The notes under the pieces are model-generated. The model did no database searches. It had not been told where the DNA came from and saw only the letters and a list, made by a program, of their open reading frames with translations. From an uncultured Bacillota bacterium (GTDB lineage: Bacteria; Bacillota; DTU025; MWDF01), in contig CAWGMK010000013.1 in assembly GCA_963823655.1 (NCBI GenBank), positions 266,964 to 330,963 of the forward strand: a stretch of 64,000 bases of DNA, in the 5' to 3' direction. Of this stretch, positions 1 through 10,227 are shown piece by piece. Numbering within the stretch: position 1 is the stretch's first letter; each line of letters begins with the position of its first letter. A program made the translations under genes and the position numbers.

Positions 1-12
1 AGAGGTGAGGCT

Positions 13-655
13 ATGAGAGTAGCTGCCATAGTCCCGGCGTTCAATGAGGGCCCGAGGATCGCCGCCGTAACATCTGTGCTTTCCAGGTGCGAGTTCCTTG
101 ATGAGATACTAGTGGTAGACGACGGCTCCTCCGACAATACCGCGCAAGCAGCACGGGCGACCGGTGTTGAAGTCCTTTCCATGCCCTCTAACATGGGCAA
201 AGGCGCAGCCGTCGCAAGAGGCATCGCGGCTACGTCCAGCGACATCGTGCTTCTGATGGACGCCGATCTGGTCGGGCCTCACCAGAAAGCATGTGGAGGA
301 TCTGCTTGATCCCGTCGCAAGAGGGGATGCGGATATGTCCATCGGCATCTTCAGAGGCGGCCGTGTCTTCACCGACCTCGCCCAGATGACGACGAGCTTC
401 CTTTCAGGCCAGAGGGCGATTAACAGGAGCCTGCTTGAGCCCGATGAGCTTGCTGATACGAAATACGGCCTCGAGACGATACTCACACAGATAGCAAATG
501 AGAGGTCCTTACGGGTGAAAAAGGTCTTCCTCGATGATTTGACGCAAGTCATGAAAGAGGAGAAGATGGGGCTGGCAGAGGGCAGCAGGCTTCGTTTCAA
601 GATGTACTGGCACGTGATAAAACAGGTTTTCAAGAGGCTGTTTCGCATTAAGTAG
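13..655 (+). pseudogene. Family 2 glycosyltransferase (dolichyl-phosphate sugar transferase-like), split across two frames near position 295
   Basis: ORF 13..309 carries the GT2 N-terminus (PAFNEG..DDGSSDNT..DADL). ORF 293..655 in the next frame continues the conserved GT2 core (ARGDADMSIGIF..). A good RBS gaggtgagg lies before the ATG at 13. Confidence 0.6.
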
Positions 656-663
656 CTTATGGA

Positions 664-3600
664 GTGATTCCCTTGCAATATTGCCTTTACCCCCAGGCGG
701 GGGCCACCGACGCTAAAACCCTAATAGAGTGCATGACGGGCGCGCCAGCTCATGAGGAGCTGGCGCTTTGCCGCATTGACGGCATTTCGGTAAATTCCAC
801 AGACGGCGCGTGGACTATCAGGGCAGGCGGTCCCAACACTCTGATGGAAACCTGCGTTACCTCTCTTATAAAGGCACTTGACGCCTATTGCCCGGACGTA
901 AGAAGCGATGTATTCTTCATGCCGCTTCAGAAGGACGAGTGGATCAAGGCTTACTGGAAGTCCATAGCCAAAGAGGCATCGGCAGTATGCAAAGTGAACT
1001 TCGGCTCACTTCTATCCTGCGAGCCCTCCTGGAAGGATGTCGTCAGCCTCTCCGTGCCGAGTGAACCCCAGCAGGCCGCCTTTCAAAGGAAGAGCCTTGC
1101 CGGAATCATCCAGGCACTTATCGCCAAGCAGACGGGCGCAAGGCCTGAAGTAAAACTTGAGGTGCATGAGCAAAGGCGCGTCGATTACTCCGATGCGCTG
1201 CCGGTTAGCCCGGCCGAAACCGAAAAGGAGCACATTGTCAGCAGATCTTCTGCTGCCCCGCTAGTCGGCGTCAACATCAACATCAAATGTACAGCGATTG
1301 GCTTGTCGCTCGAACCTTCGGATTATGTGGCCCTCGAGGGGTTCATAGTAAAGCCCGAAACTTATACTTCAAGGCGGAACAACCCCGTTTTGACTTTCGT
1401 ACTGGCCGACGATTCCGGATCCGTCCTTTGCAAGTATTCGGCAAAGGACGGCGAAGTGCTTCCTGAGCTTGAAGGCACATACAAGGTTGCAGGCAAAATG
1501 GCTCTGGACGAGCGCAGACAGGATGCGGGGCCGGCCGAACCCATACTCATGGTCGAGGACATCGAAGAGGTCCTTGCCGAGAGTGCGGAGGTACTAAGGA
1601 TGTGCCAGAGGGTTGAGCTGCATTGTCACACTAAAATGAGCGCATTGGATTCGGTATGCGATCCGGAGCAGATCATTACCGCCGCGAAAGAAATGGGGCA
1701 TAAGTCGATAGCTGTCACTGACCACGGCGTAGTCTACGCCTTCCCGGCATTCTACCAGGCGGCAAAAAAGAGCGGAATAAAAGCGGTATTGGGCATGGAA
1801 GGCTATCTCAAACAGGGCGAAGGCGACGAGACCAGCCATTTTACCATTCTCGTTAAGGACAAGGCGGGGCTCACCAACCTTTACAGGATGGTTTCCAGCT
1901 CGCACCTTGACCATTTCAGGCGTCATCCCTTGGTGCCAAGGAAGCTTGCCTCAGAGCTGAGGAACGGCCTTTTGTATGGATCGGCTTGCGCGGGCGGCGA
2001 AATCTTCAGGATGGCGCTGAACGGCTCGGACGACAAGCAGATAGTCGATGCAATGGGTTTCTACGACTATATAGAGATAATGCCCGCCCAGAACAGCTCC
2101 TTTCTGCTTAGGGAGGGAAGGCTCCCGGACCTGGATGCGATAAGGGATATCAACAGGCGCATTGTCGCCCTGGCCAAGGAAGCAGGCAAGCCATTCATAG
2201 CAACCGGGGATGTCCATTACATCAGGCCCGCGGATGCCGTCTACAGGCAGGTCCTGCTCGCAGGCCAGGATTTCAAGGACGTTCAGGAGCAACCCCCTTT
2301 GCATTTGCGCACTACGGAGGAGATGCTCGACGAGTTCTCATACCTCGGGCAGGAGGATTGCCTTGAGGCCGTCGTACTTGCCCCCAACCGCATAGCCGAT
2401 TCCGTTGATTCTCTCAAGCCTGTCCCGGACGGGCTGTTCACCCCGGTCCTCAAAGGCGCAGAAGAGCAGGTAAGAGACAAGACTATTAGCAGGGCGGAGT
2501 CCCTCTATGGCTCGCCTTTGCCTGCGGAAGTGGATGCCAGGATCAAAAAGGAGCTTCACTCCATCATAGACAACGGATTCGCCAGCATTTACCTGGTTGC
2601 GATGAAGCTGGTCGCAAAATCCCTGGAAGACGGCTATCTTGTGGGCTCCAGAGGCTCGGTAGGATCCTCGCTTGTGGCGACTCTTCTTGGAATAACCGAG
2701 GTCAACCCCCTTGGACCGCATTACAGGTGCGGGTCCTGCAGTTTCTCGGATTTCGGCCCATTTCAAGCAAGTCACGGCTTCGACCTTCCTGAAAGGAAAT
2801 GCCCCCGCTGCGGCATGGCGCTCAAAAGGGACGGCCATGACATACCTTTCGAAGTGTTCCTCGGTTTCGAAGGAGACAAGGTGCCTGACATTGACCTCAA
2901 CTTCTCGGGCGAGTACCAGCCAAGGATCCACAAATTCAGCGAGGAGATGTTCGGCTCGGACAATGTCTTCAGGGCAGGCACCATAGGGACCATAGCCGAA
3001 AAGACGGCATACGGCTTCGTTAGGGCATATGAGGAGCATACAGGCGAGAAGGCGTCGAGAGCGCACTCCACCAGGCTTGCGGTGGGCGCAAGCGGCGTTA
3101 GAAGGACCACCGGGCAGCACCCGGGCGGCATCATTGTGCTGCCCGAGGGCTTGGATATCCATGACTTCACGCCGGTCCAGCATCCGGCCAATTCCAAGGA
3201 GAAGGGCATCATAACGACGCATTTCGAATACACTGCACTGCACGACAACCTGCTCAAGCTCGACCTTCTAGGGCATGACGACCCTACGATGATAAAGATG
3301 CTCGAGGATGTAACGGGGCGATCCTTCAGGGACATCCCTTACGATGATGAGGCTACCATGTCCATTTTCTCCGGCATCGAGGCCCTGGGGCTGGACGGTT
3401 CGAAGTATGGGCAGGAAGTAGGCACGATCGGCATACCCGAGTTCGGGACGAGATTCGTACGCGGCATGCTGTCGGACACAAGGCCCAGGACTTTCGACGA
3501 GCTGGTAAGGATCTCCGGGCTTTCGCATGGCACCAACGTCTGGCTTGATAATGCGCAGGAAGTGATCAGAAACGGTGACGGCACGCTCAAAGACGTGATA

Positions 3601-4302
3601 TCCGTCCGCGACGATATAATGAACTACCTGATATCAAAGGGCATGGGGCCGAAATACGCCTTCCAGATCATGGAGAAGGTGAGGAAGGGAAAAGGCCTTT
3701 CTACTGAAGACGAGAAGGCCATGAATGGCTTCGGAGTCCCTGCATGGTATTCGGATTCATGCAACAAGATCAAATACATGTTCCCCAAGGCGCATGCATG
3801 CGCATATGTAATGATGGCGTTTCGCATTGCTTACGCCAAAGTGCATATGCCCGCCGCCTTCTACAGCGCGTATCTGAGCATAAGGGCTACGGATTTCGAT
3901 CCTGCATTCGCCCGCATGGGGGTAAGGGAGCTTGAGAAGCTCATGCGCTCGATAGATTCGAATAAGGCCGCGACCCAGAAGGAGAAGGACACGGTCCCCA
4001 TACTTGAAGTAATTCGCGAGGCGCTGATGAGAGGCATCTCACTAAAGCCAGTTAACCTGGCGCTTTCCGACCCTTTGAAGTTCGTGGCCGAGGCAGATGG
4101 CATAAGAGCACCCCTTCTGTCGGTGGCAAGGCTCGGTCAGAAGCCTGCCCTTGCCATATCCGAAGCCCGCAATGATGCGCCGTTCGGCTCTGTCGAGGAG
4201 CTGAGGGAAAGGGCCAAGCTCGGCAAGGCACACATCGATGCGCTAAGGGAAGCGGGAGCTCTTGAGGGCTTACGCGAGAGCATGCATATGGAATTGTTCT
4301 AA
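664..4302 (+). CDS. polC: DNA polymerase III alpha subunit, PolC-type. N-domain, OB fold, PHP, Zn-finger and pol core are present, but no 3'-5' exonuclease insert is detectable
   Basis: Motifs VELHCHTKMSALDS (PHP), GHDDPTMIKMLEDVTG and RCGSCSFSDF..CPRCG (PolC zinc module) are present. The protein is 1212 aa; the PHP segments are contiguous with no DEDD motifs. Confidence 0.85.
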   Translation: MIPLQYCLYPQAGATDAKTLIECMTGAPAHEELALCRIDGISVNSTDGAWTIRAGGPNTLMETCVTSLIKALDAYCPDVRSDVFFMPLQKDEWIKAYWKSIAKEASAVCKVNFGSLLSCEPSWKDVVSLSVPSEPQQAAFQRKSLAGIIQALIAKQTGARPEVKLEVHEQRRVDYSDALPVSPAETEKEHIVSRSSAAPLVGVNINIKCTAIGLSLEPSDYVALEGFIVKPETYTSRRNNPVLTFVLADDSGSVLCKYSAKDGEVLPELEGTYKVAGKMALDERRQDAGPAEPILMVEDIEEVLAESAEVLRMCQRVELHCHTKMSALDSVCDPEQIITAAKEMGHKSIAVTDHGVVYAFPAFYQAAKKSGIKAVLGMEGYLKQGEGDETSHFTILVKDKAGLTNLYRMVSSSHLDHFRRHPLVPRKLASELRNGLLYGSACAGGEIFRMALNGSDDKQIVDAMGFYDYIEIMPAQNSSFLLREGRLPDLDAIRDINRRIVALAKEAGKPFIATGDVHYIRPADAVYRQVLLAGQDFKDVQEQPPLHLRTTEEMLDEFSYLGQEDCLEAVVLAPNRIADSVDSLKPVPDGLFTPVLKGAEEQVRDKTISRAESLYGSPLPAEVDARIKKELHSIIDNGFASIYLVAMKLVAKSLEDGYLVGSRGSVGSSLVATLLGITEVNPLGPHYRCGSCSFSDFGPFQASHGFDLPERKCPRCGMALKRDGHDIPFEVFLGFEGDKVPDIDLNFSGEYQPRIHKFSEEMFGSDNVFRAGTIGTIAEKTAYGFVRAYEEHTGEKASRAHSTRLAVGASGVRRTTGQHPGGIIVLPEGLDIHDFTPVQHPANSKEKGIITTHFEYTALHDNLLKLDLLGHDDPTMIKMLEDVTGRSFRDIPYDDEATMSIFSGIEALGLDGSKYGQEVGTIGIPEFGTRFVRGMLSDTRPRTFDELVRISGLSHGTNVWLDNAQEVIRNGDGTLKDVISVRDDIMNYLISKGMGPKYAFQIMEKVRKGKGLSTEDEKAMNGFGVPAWYSDSCNKIKYMFPKAHACAYVMMAFRIAYAKVHMPAAFYSAYLSIRATDFDPAFARMGVRELEKLMRSIDSNKAATQKEKDTVPILEVIREALMRGISLKPVNLALSDPLKFVAEADGIRAPLLSVARLGQKPALAISEARNDAPFGSVEELRERAKLGKAHIDALREAGALEGLRESMHMELF

Positions 4303-4311
4303 AGGGCGGCT

Positions 4312-4340
4312 TGCATAACTTCCATACTTGTAGTAATATT
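4312..4340 (+). promoter_or_regulatory. Putative sigma-A promoter of the rimP-nusA-infB operon (TTGCAT-17-TAATAT)
   Basis: -35 TTGCAT at 4312..4317, 17-nt spacer, -10 TAATAT at 4335..4340, about 100 nt upstream of rimP. Confidence 0.4.
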
Positions 4341-4371
4341 TCTGTGGTAGGTCAAGCTTTTGTTGTTTTCA

Positions 4372-4401
4372 GGAGTGGGATTTTCCCACTCTTTCGTGTT
4401 T
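4372..4401 (+). promoter_or_regulatory. Leader stem-loop (ggagtggga-tttt-cccactc) followed by a T-rich run. Possible attenuator in the rimP-nusA leader
   Basis: A 9-bp perfect inverted repeat with a 4-nt loop, directly upstream of the rimP RBS. Confidence 0.3.
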
Positions 4402-4437
4402 AAGAGGCTGTAGAAGCCTTAGACGGGGGTTCTGGAA

Positions 4438-4897
4438 ATGGACGTCAGGGGAATAGAGTTGCAGGTGGCAAGGCTAACGGAGCCGATCGCCGAAAGTATG
4501 GGGCTCAGGTTGTTGGACGCGGAGCTTTCATACGAGATGTCGAATTGGTATCTGCGACTATATATAGAAAAAGATGGGGGAGTGGGGATAGAGGATTGCT
4601 CGAAGCTGAGCGTCGAAGTGGACGCAAAGCTGGAGGCGGAGGATCCCATCCCGCAGGCCTATATCCTGGAGGTAACATCGTCCGGAGAGAAGCCTCTCAG
4701 ATTCCCCGAGGAGTATACGAAGTTCGCAGGCAGGCACATCCAGGTTTCCACATACAAGCCCATTGAAGGGGCCAAGAAGCATGAGGGCTCCCTTGCTGGG
4801 GCTTATGGACGGAATAGTAAAGATTGACGTTGAGGGCAAGCAAGTTAGCATACCGCTGGAGATGGTGAGCAAAGCCAGGTTGGCTTTCAAGTATTAG
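4438..4897 (+). CDS. rimP: Ribosome maturation factor RimP (apparent frame change near 4795)
   Basis: The N-terminal part matches RimP. The conserved C-terminal segment DGIVKIDVEGKQVSIPLEMVSKARLAFKY is in the adjacent frame. Confidence 0.75.
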
Positions 4898-4903
4898 GGG
4901 GTC

Positions 4904-6016
4904 GTGGAGAAAATGAGCCAGCAGATTGAGGGCAAGGAGATCATTAGCGCAATAAATGAGATAGAGCGTTCCAGAGGCATTTCTAAGGACGTTCTAATTC
5001 CTGCCTTGGAGACGGCGCTCAGCGCCGCATACAGGAAGCACTACAGCGGCCTTCATGCGAATGTGAAGGTCACGATAGACTCCCAAAGCGGCGAGCTTAG
5101 GGTAGCCTCTTTGAAGTCCGTAGTCGAGGAAGTCGCGGACGCCAGATCCGAGCTCACCTTCGAACAGGCCCAGGAGTACGGCGAATTCCTGGTGGGCGAA
5201 ATTGTGGAGATCCCCGTGCCGATGGATGATTTCGGCACCGGCAGGATCGCAGCCCAGACCGCCAAACAGGTAATCGTGCAGAAGATCCGCGAGGCAGAGC
5301 GCGGCATGATATATTCCGAGTTCGCCGACAGGGAGGGCGACATAATTACGGGCATGGTCCAGCGCGTGGACCCTCGTAACGTAGTCGTGGAGATAAACCA
5401 CGTAGAAGCCTTCCTTCCCTCTCACGAGCAGATACCCAACGAAAGGTATATGGTCGGCTCAAGGATCAAATGCTACGTATTCGAGGTTAAGAAGCTCCAG
5501 AGGGGCTCCACAACGATACAGCTGTCCCGCACACACCCGAACCTCCTCAGGAAGCTTCTTGAGCTCGAGGTTCCGGAGATAAAAAGCGGTCTAGTAGAGA
5601 TCAAGGCCATATCCAGGGAGGCCGGTTCGAGGTCCAAGGTCGCTGTCTACTCTCACGATCCCAATGTGGATCCGGTCGGCGCATGCGTAGGGGCCAAGGG
5701 CGCCCGCATCCAGAGCATCGTAAACGAGCTGTCAAATGAGAAGATAGACATAATACCCTGGTCCGAGAACAACGCCGAGTACGTGGCGAACGCGCTAAGC
5801 CCGGCAAGGCCGACCAAGGTAATACCCGATATTCTCACGAAGGTTGCGACAGTTATAGTCCCGACTACGCAGCTGTCCCTTGCCATCGGCAGGGAAGGCC
5901 AGAACGCAAGGCTTGCGGCCAAGCTCACCGGCTGGAAAGTGGACATCAAGAGCGAGGCCCAGATGGAAGAGAGCGGAGACTACGGCTTCGTAGGAGCCGG
6001 CAAAGTCGATTTTTAG
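4904..6016 (+). CDS. nusA: Transcription termination/antitermination factor NusA
   Basis: 370-aa protein with NusA N-terminal, S1 and KH domains, in the conserved operon position. Confidence 0.9.
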   Translation: MEKMSQQIEGKEIISAINEIERSRGISKDVLIPALETALSAAYRKHYSGLHANVKVTIDSQSGELRVASLKSVVEEVADARSELTFEQAQEYGEFLVGEIVEIPVPMDDFGTGRIAAQTAKQVIVQKIREAERGMIYSEFADREGDIITGMVQRVDPRNVVVEINHVEAFLPSHEQIPNERYMVGSRIKCYVFEVKKLQRGSTTIQLSRTHPNLLRKLLELEVPEIKSGLVEIKAISREAGSRSKVAVYSHDPNVDPVGACVGAKGARIQSIVNELSNEKIDIIPWSENNAEYVANALSPARPTKVIPDILTKVATVIVPTTQLSLAIGREGQNARLAAKLTGWKVDIKSEAQMEESGDYGFVGAGKVDF

Positions 6017-6051
6017 GGAGGTTTGCGCTTGATTAAGGCAAGGAAGCAGCC

Positions 6052-6310
6052 CATGAGGACGTGCCTTGGTTGCGGCGGAGTATTCCCGAAGAAAGAACTT
6101 TTAAGGGTGGTGCGTACGCCCGGCGGCCAAGTCCTGATCGATAAATCAGGCAAGCTTGCCGGAAGAGGTGCATATATTTGCAACAGCACGGAGTGCCTTG
6201 ACAAGGCCGTGAAGGCCAAGAGGTTGGGGCGCTCACTTGAGACGGAAGTGGGACCCGATGTGATAGAACAACTCAGAGGGTCATTGGAGGTGCGCATTGG
6301 ATCTGACTGA
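6052..6310 (+). CDS. ylxR: YlxR/DUF448 RNA-binding protein
   Basis: MRTCLGCGGVFPKKELLRVV..GRGAYIC motif. RBS aaggaag lies 6 nt before the ATG at 6052. Confidence 0.8.
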
Positions 6311-6590
6311 AAACCTGGGCTTCATAGGCCTGGCCAGGAAGGCCGGCGCCCTGGAAATCGGGGCGGAGGCGGTCGAATGGGCGCTTTCAAAAGGAAAAGC
6401 AAAGATTTTGATACTTGCCTCAGATGCGGGCAGGAGCACGGTGGGCAAATATACGTCCATGTGCGAGGAGAAGGGCATCCCGATTTTAAAGGCGACCGAC
6501 AAGGAGTCCTTAGGAAGGATCCTTGGCAGGAGCCAGGTGGCAGTAGCAGCGGTTACAGAGAAGCATTTCGCAAAAAGGATGCTCAGTTGA
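6297..6590 (+). CDS. ylxQ: L7Ae-family ribosomal protein-like YlxQ
   Basis: GLARKAGALEIGAEAV..ILILASDA motif and conserved operon position. Confidence 0.8.
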   Translation: MDLTENLGFIGLARKAGALEIGAEAVEWALSKGKAKILILASDAGRSTVGKYTSMCEEKGIPILKATDKESLGRILGRSQVAVAAVTEKHFAKRMLS

Positions 6591-6620
6591 TTTTCGGATT
6601 TCTCTTGGAGGTGCAGATAT

Positions 6621-9600
6621 TTGGGTAAAGTCAGAGTTTTCGAGCTTTCGAAGTTGGTGAACATACCTAGCAAGGACCTCGTCGACCTCTTGAACAAGTT
6701 GGGCGTTCCTACGGCCAACCACATGAGCGCAATAGACGAGAACGCGGCGAAGTATGTGCTTAGGAAATACGGCCCCGATGCCGAAAAGGAGAAGGCAGCG
6801 CCTGCGAAGCAGAAGGCCAAGCAGAAGCCGCAGCCTAAACCGGCAGCATCCCAGGAGCCGCAGGCCGAGGCGAATATGTCCATAAGAGGCCCGCTTCCTA
6901 ACCAGTCGAGGCTTCAGAGAAATATACCACAGCCTCAGCAGAGGCCCCAGATCCAGGCTAAACCCCTTCCGGGCCAGGCGCCCAGGGCAGCGGCTCTACA
7001 GCTGGCAGCAGCAAGGCTGCAGCAGGCTCAGGAGGAGCAGAAAGCCCTTGAGGCAAGACTTGCCATAGAAAGGGCGGAGGCTGAGAAGCTGGCAGCCGAA
7101 AGAGCGGCAGTGGAGGCTGAAGAGGCGAGGAAGGCCGAAGCCGCACTGAAAGCCGAAGCCGAGCTCGAAGAGAAGAAGAAGGCAGCCGATGCCCGCCACG
7201 AGGCCAAGAAGGCAAAATCGCACAAGAAGGACGAGGAAGCCCCGGTACTTGAGGCTACTGAGCCCAAGGTTGAAACAAAGGAGCCTCAGGCAGAAGCAAC
7301 CGCACCAAAGCCGGAGCCCGCAGTAATCATCGCGGAAGAGGTTATTGAGAAGGCAGGCAGAGGCAGCACCAGTTGAGGAGCCCAAGGCACCGGTAGAACC
7401 GGCGCTTGTAATAAGCGCGCCTAAGCCGGCACCTCAGGTTCAGCCGCAACCTACGGCAGTCCCTTCGCCAAGGCCCCAGGTTGCAGCCCCTACGACGGGT
7501 GCTTACCCGCAGAGGCCGCAAGGAGTCGGTACCGGCACTGCAACTTACAGGAACCAGCCGGGAGTTGGCACAGGCACCGCAACTTACAGGAACCAGCCCG
7601 GCGTTGGCACAGGCACCGCCACTTACAGGAACCAGCCGGGCGTTGGCACAGGTACTGCAACTTACAGGAACCAGCCCGGAGTTGGCACCGGCACCGCAAC
7701 TTACAGAAACCAGCCCGGACAGGGTACCGGAACCGCTACGTACAGGCAGAATACCGGCACCGGCAATTTCGCCCCAAGGCCTCAGGGAACGGGAAACTTC
7801 GCACCCAGGCCTCAGGGCACAGGCACGTTCGGTCCGAGGCCGCAGGGAGGCACCGGCGGTTTTGCTCCCAGAAGGCCGCAGACGGGTGCGGGTATAACAG
7901 TCCCGCCGCCCGCAACAGAGGCGCCCATCAGCAAAGGCAAGGGCAAATCATGGGGCAATACTGGCAAAGAGAGGCGCTTTACTTCCGAGGATGACAATAT
8001 GCGCGGTCCTATCAAGGGCAAGGCCGCTCCGATAAAGAAGGGCAAGAAGGGCATGGGCCCCGATTCAATTCTCGACAAGAACCTCAGGAATGTGGACGTC
8101 GAGATGCTCGATGAGGACGGCAATGTAGTTCGCAAGTCGATCAAGAGAAGAGAGAAGGCCGTCAAAACTAAGAGGATCATCATCGAGCCTGTGATGACAG
8201 TAAGGGATCTGGCTTTGAAGATGGAAGTAACGCCGGGGGATCTCATAAGAAAGCTTATGTCTCTCGGGGTCATGTCCGGCATAAACCAGACTATAGACAG
8301 CGATACGGCCCAGATAGTCGCGTCGGAGTTCGGAATCGACACAGAGCTCAAATCGGAGGCTGATGTCAGGGAGACATCCCTTACCAAGCTTGAGGACAAG
8401 CCGGAGATGCTTAAAACCAGGCCCCCCGTGATAACGATAATGGGCCATGTCGACCACGGCAAGACCACTCTGCTGGACGCAATCAGGAAGACCAATGTGG
8501 CAGCAGGTGAAGCCGGCGGCATAACCCAGGCGATAGGCGCCTACCAGGTGGAACTGAATGGCAGGAAGATCACTTTCATAGATACACCGGGACATGCGGC
8601 CTTCACTTCGATGAGGGCAAGAGGCGCCCAGGTAACGGACATTGTCGTACTTGTAGTTGCAGCCGACGACGGCGTGATGCCGCAGACCAGGGAGGCCTAC
8701 AACCACGCCAGATCCGCAGGAGTGCCGATCATTGTCGCAGTAAACAAGATCGACAGGCCGAACGCCCAGCCGGACAGGGTGCTTCAGGAGCTCTCCGAAT
8801 TGGGCCTTATATCTGAGAAGTGGGGCGGAGATACGGTAACTGTCGAAGTCTCGGCCATTCAGAAGAGGGGCATCAGCGAACTGCTTGAAATGATCCTTCT
8901 TGTAGCCGATATGAAGGACCTGAAGGCGAACCCGGACAGGCCGGCCCAGGGAATAGTAATCGAGGCCGAGAACAAGGCCGGGCTGGGCCCGTTGGCCACC
9001 GTCATAATCAAGAACGGTACGCTCAAGAGGGGCCAATACTGCCTGGCAGGCGAGGTGTCCGGACGCGTAAGGGCTCTTATAAACGAGAAGGGCGAGAGGC
9101 TGGACGAAGCCGGCCCGTCCACACCGGTGCAAGTCGTTGGGCTTTCAGCGGTACCGCACGGAGGGGATCCCTTCGATGTGGTCACCGATGAGCGAGAGGC
9201 CAAGGCGGTCGCCCAGAGAAGGGCCGACATCAGAAGGTCAAGCGAGCTTGTCGAGGAGAAGAAGCCCATAACGCTTGAGGACTTCTTCGCTCAAAAGGAA
9301 TTCGGAGTCGTAAAGGACCTCAATATAATCCTGAAGGCGGACGTACAAGGCTCTGTGGAGGCCGTAAAGAAGTCGCTTGAGGAGCTCTCCAACGCCGAAG
9401 TCAGGGTAGTGGTCGTGCACAGCGGCGTAGGCGCAGTCTCCGAAAACGACGTCATGCTAGCATCTACTTCGGACTCGATAATCATCGCGTTCAATGTCAG
9501 GCCGGACAGCATAGCAGCCAAAGAAGCCGATGAAGTCGGCGTAGACATAAAGAGCTACAGGATAATCTACGAAGCAATCAATGACGTGGCTTTGGCAATG

Positions 9601-9939
9601 GAAGGCCTGCTCGAACCGGAGTACAAGGAGATAAGCCTCGGAAAGGCCGAAGTCAGGGCCGTGTTCAGCGTCCCGAAGGCCGGCAATATCGCAGGCTCCT
9701 ATGTAATATCGGGGAAGATCACCAGAAACTCCACCGCCAGGGTCGTGCGCGACGGCAAGATCATACACGAGGGCAAGGTAACATCCCTTAGAAGGTTCAA
9801 GGATGACGCCAAGGAAGTGCTCGAGGGCTTCGAGTGCGGAATCGGCTTCGAAAGCTTCAACGACATAAAAGAGGGCGACATAATCGAAGCTTTCGGCCAG
9901 GAGCTTGTTAAGAGGACTGTTCTTGTAGAGCAGAAGTGA
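6621..9939 (+). CDS. infB: Translation initiation factor IF-2. The reading frame changes at about 7345..7376 inside the low-complexity linker; the N-domain ORF is 6621..7376 and the G-domain/C-terminal ORF is 7345..9939
   Basis: IF-2 N-terminal domain ([20 protein letters not shown]), Ala/Glu/Lys-rich linker, G domain ([21 protein letters not shown]) and C-terminal domains. Confidence 0.85.
7522..7845 (+). repeat. Tandem coding repeats in the infB linker: about 5.9 copies of a 39-bp unit ([13 protein letters not shown]), then 3 copies of a 30-bp unit ([10 protein letters not shown]-like)
   Basis: Direct reading of 7522..7755 and 7756..7845. Copies differ mainly at third codon positions while the peptide is identical. 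Confidence 0.9.
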
Positions 9940-10223
9940 GATCGTCTGCCTGCCTCATGACGCTTCGCGTAACCTTGAGCGAGTCGACTAGCCTCAAGGA
10001 CAAACGTTCCGTGATCAGGGGGATAGTGGACAGGCTCGGCAGGTTGAAGAACGTGGCGATTGCCGAGACTGGCCTGAGAGACAGCTTGGCTTCGGCGGAG
10101 CTGACCATCGCGGTGGTTGGGGATTCCCCTACTTTCGTAGATGAGGCGATGGAAAATATCATTAATGACATCGATTCGGCGGACGAGTTAACAATTTCTG
10201 TCCTCCGAGTCGAGAGATACTAG
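9936..10223 (+). CDS. ylxP: DUF503 protein (YlxP-like)
   Basis: Conserved position between infB and rbfA; about 95 aa, typical of DUF503. Confidence 0.7.
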   Translation: MRSSACLMTLRVTLSESTSLKDKRSVIRGIVDRLGRLKNVAIAETGLRDSLASAELTIAVVGDSPTFVDEAMENIINDIDSADELTISVLRVERY

Positions 10224-10227
10224 GAAG

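Noticed and set aside
2338-3243. Long antisense ORFs inside polC (301 aa, minus strand). Similar ones occur inside infB (8065..9132), pnp (13932..14813), the vor/nudF/xerD regions (21670..22919) and mutS (56664..57065 and others)
   Set aside because: These are typical stop-codon-poor antisense frames of GC-rich coding DNA. They have no conserved motifs, and they overlap well-supported genes along their whole length.
7522-7845. CRISPR array or other non-coding repeat array
   Set aside because: The tandem repeats are in frame within infB, have no spacers, and encode a conserved peptide. No CRISPR-like repeat-spacer structure exists anywhere in the window.
7481-7897. Alternative-frame ORF (138 aa) spanning the infB repeat region
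   Set aside because: It arises because the 39-bp repeats are open in more than one frame. There is no independent start signal, and it lies within a clearly assigned IF-2 linker.
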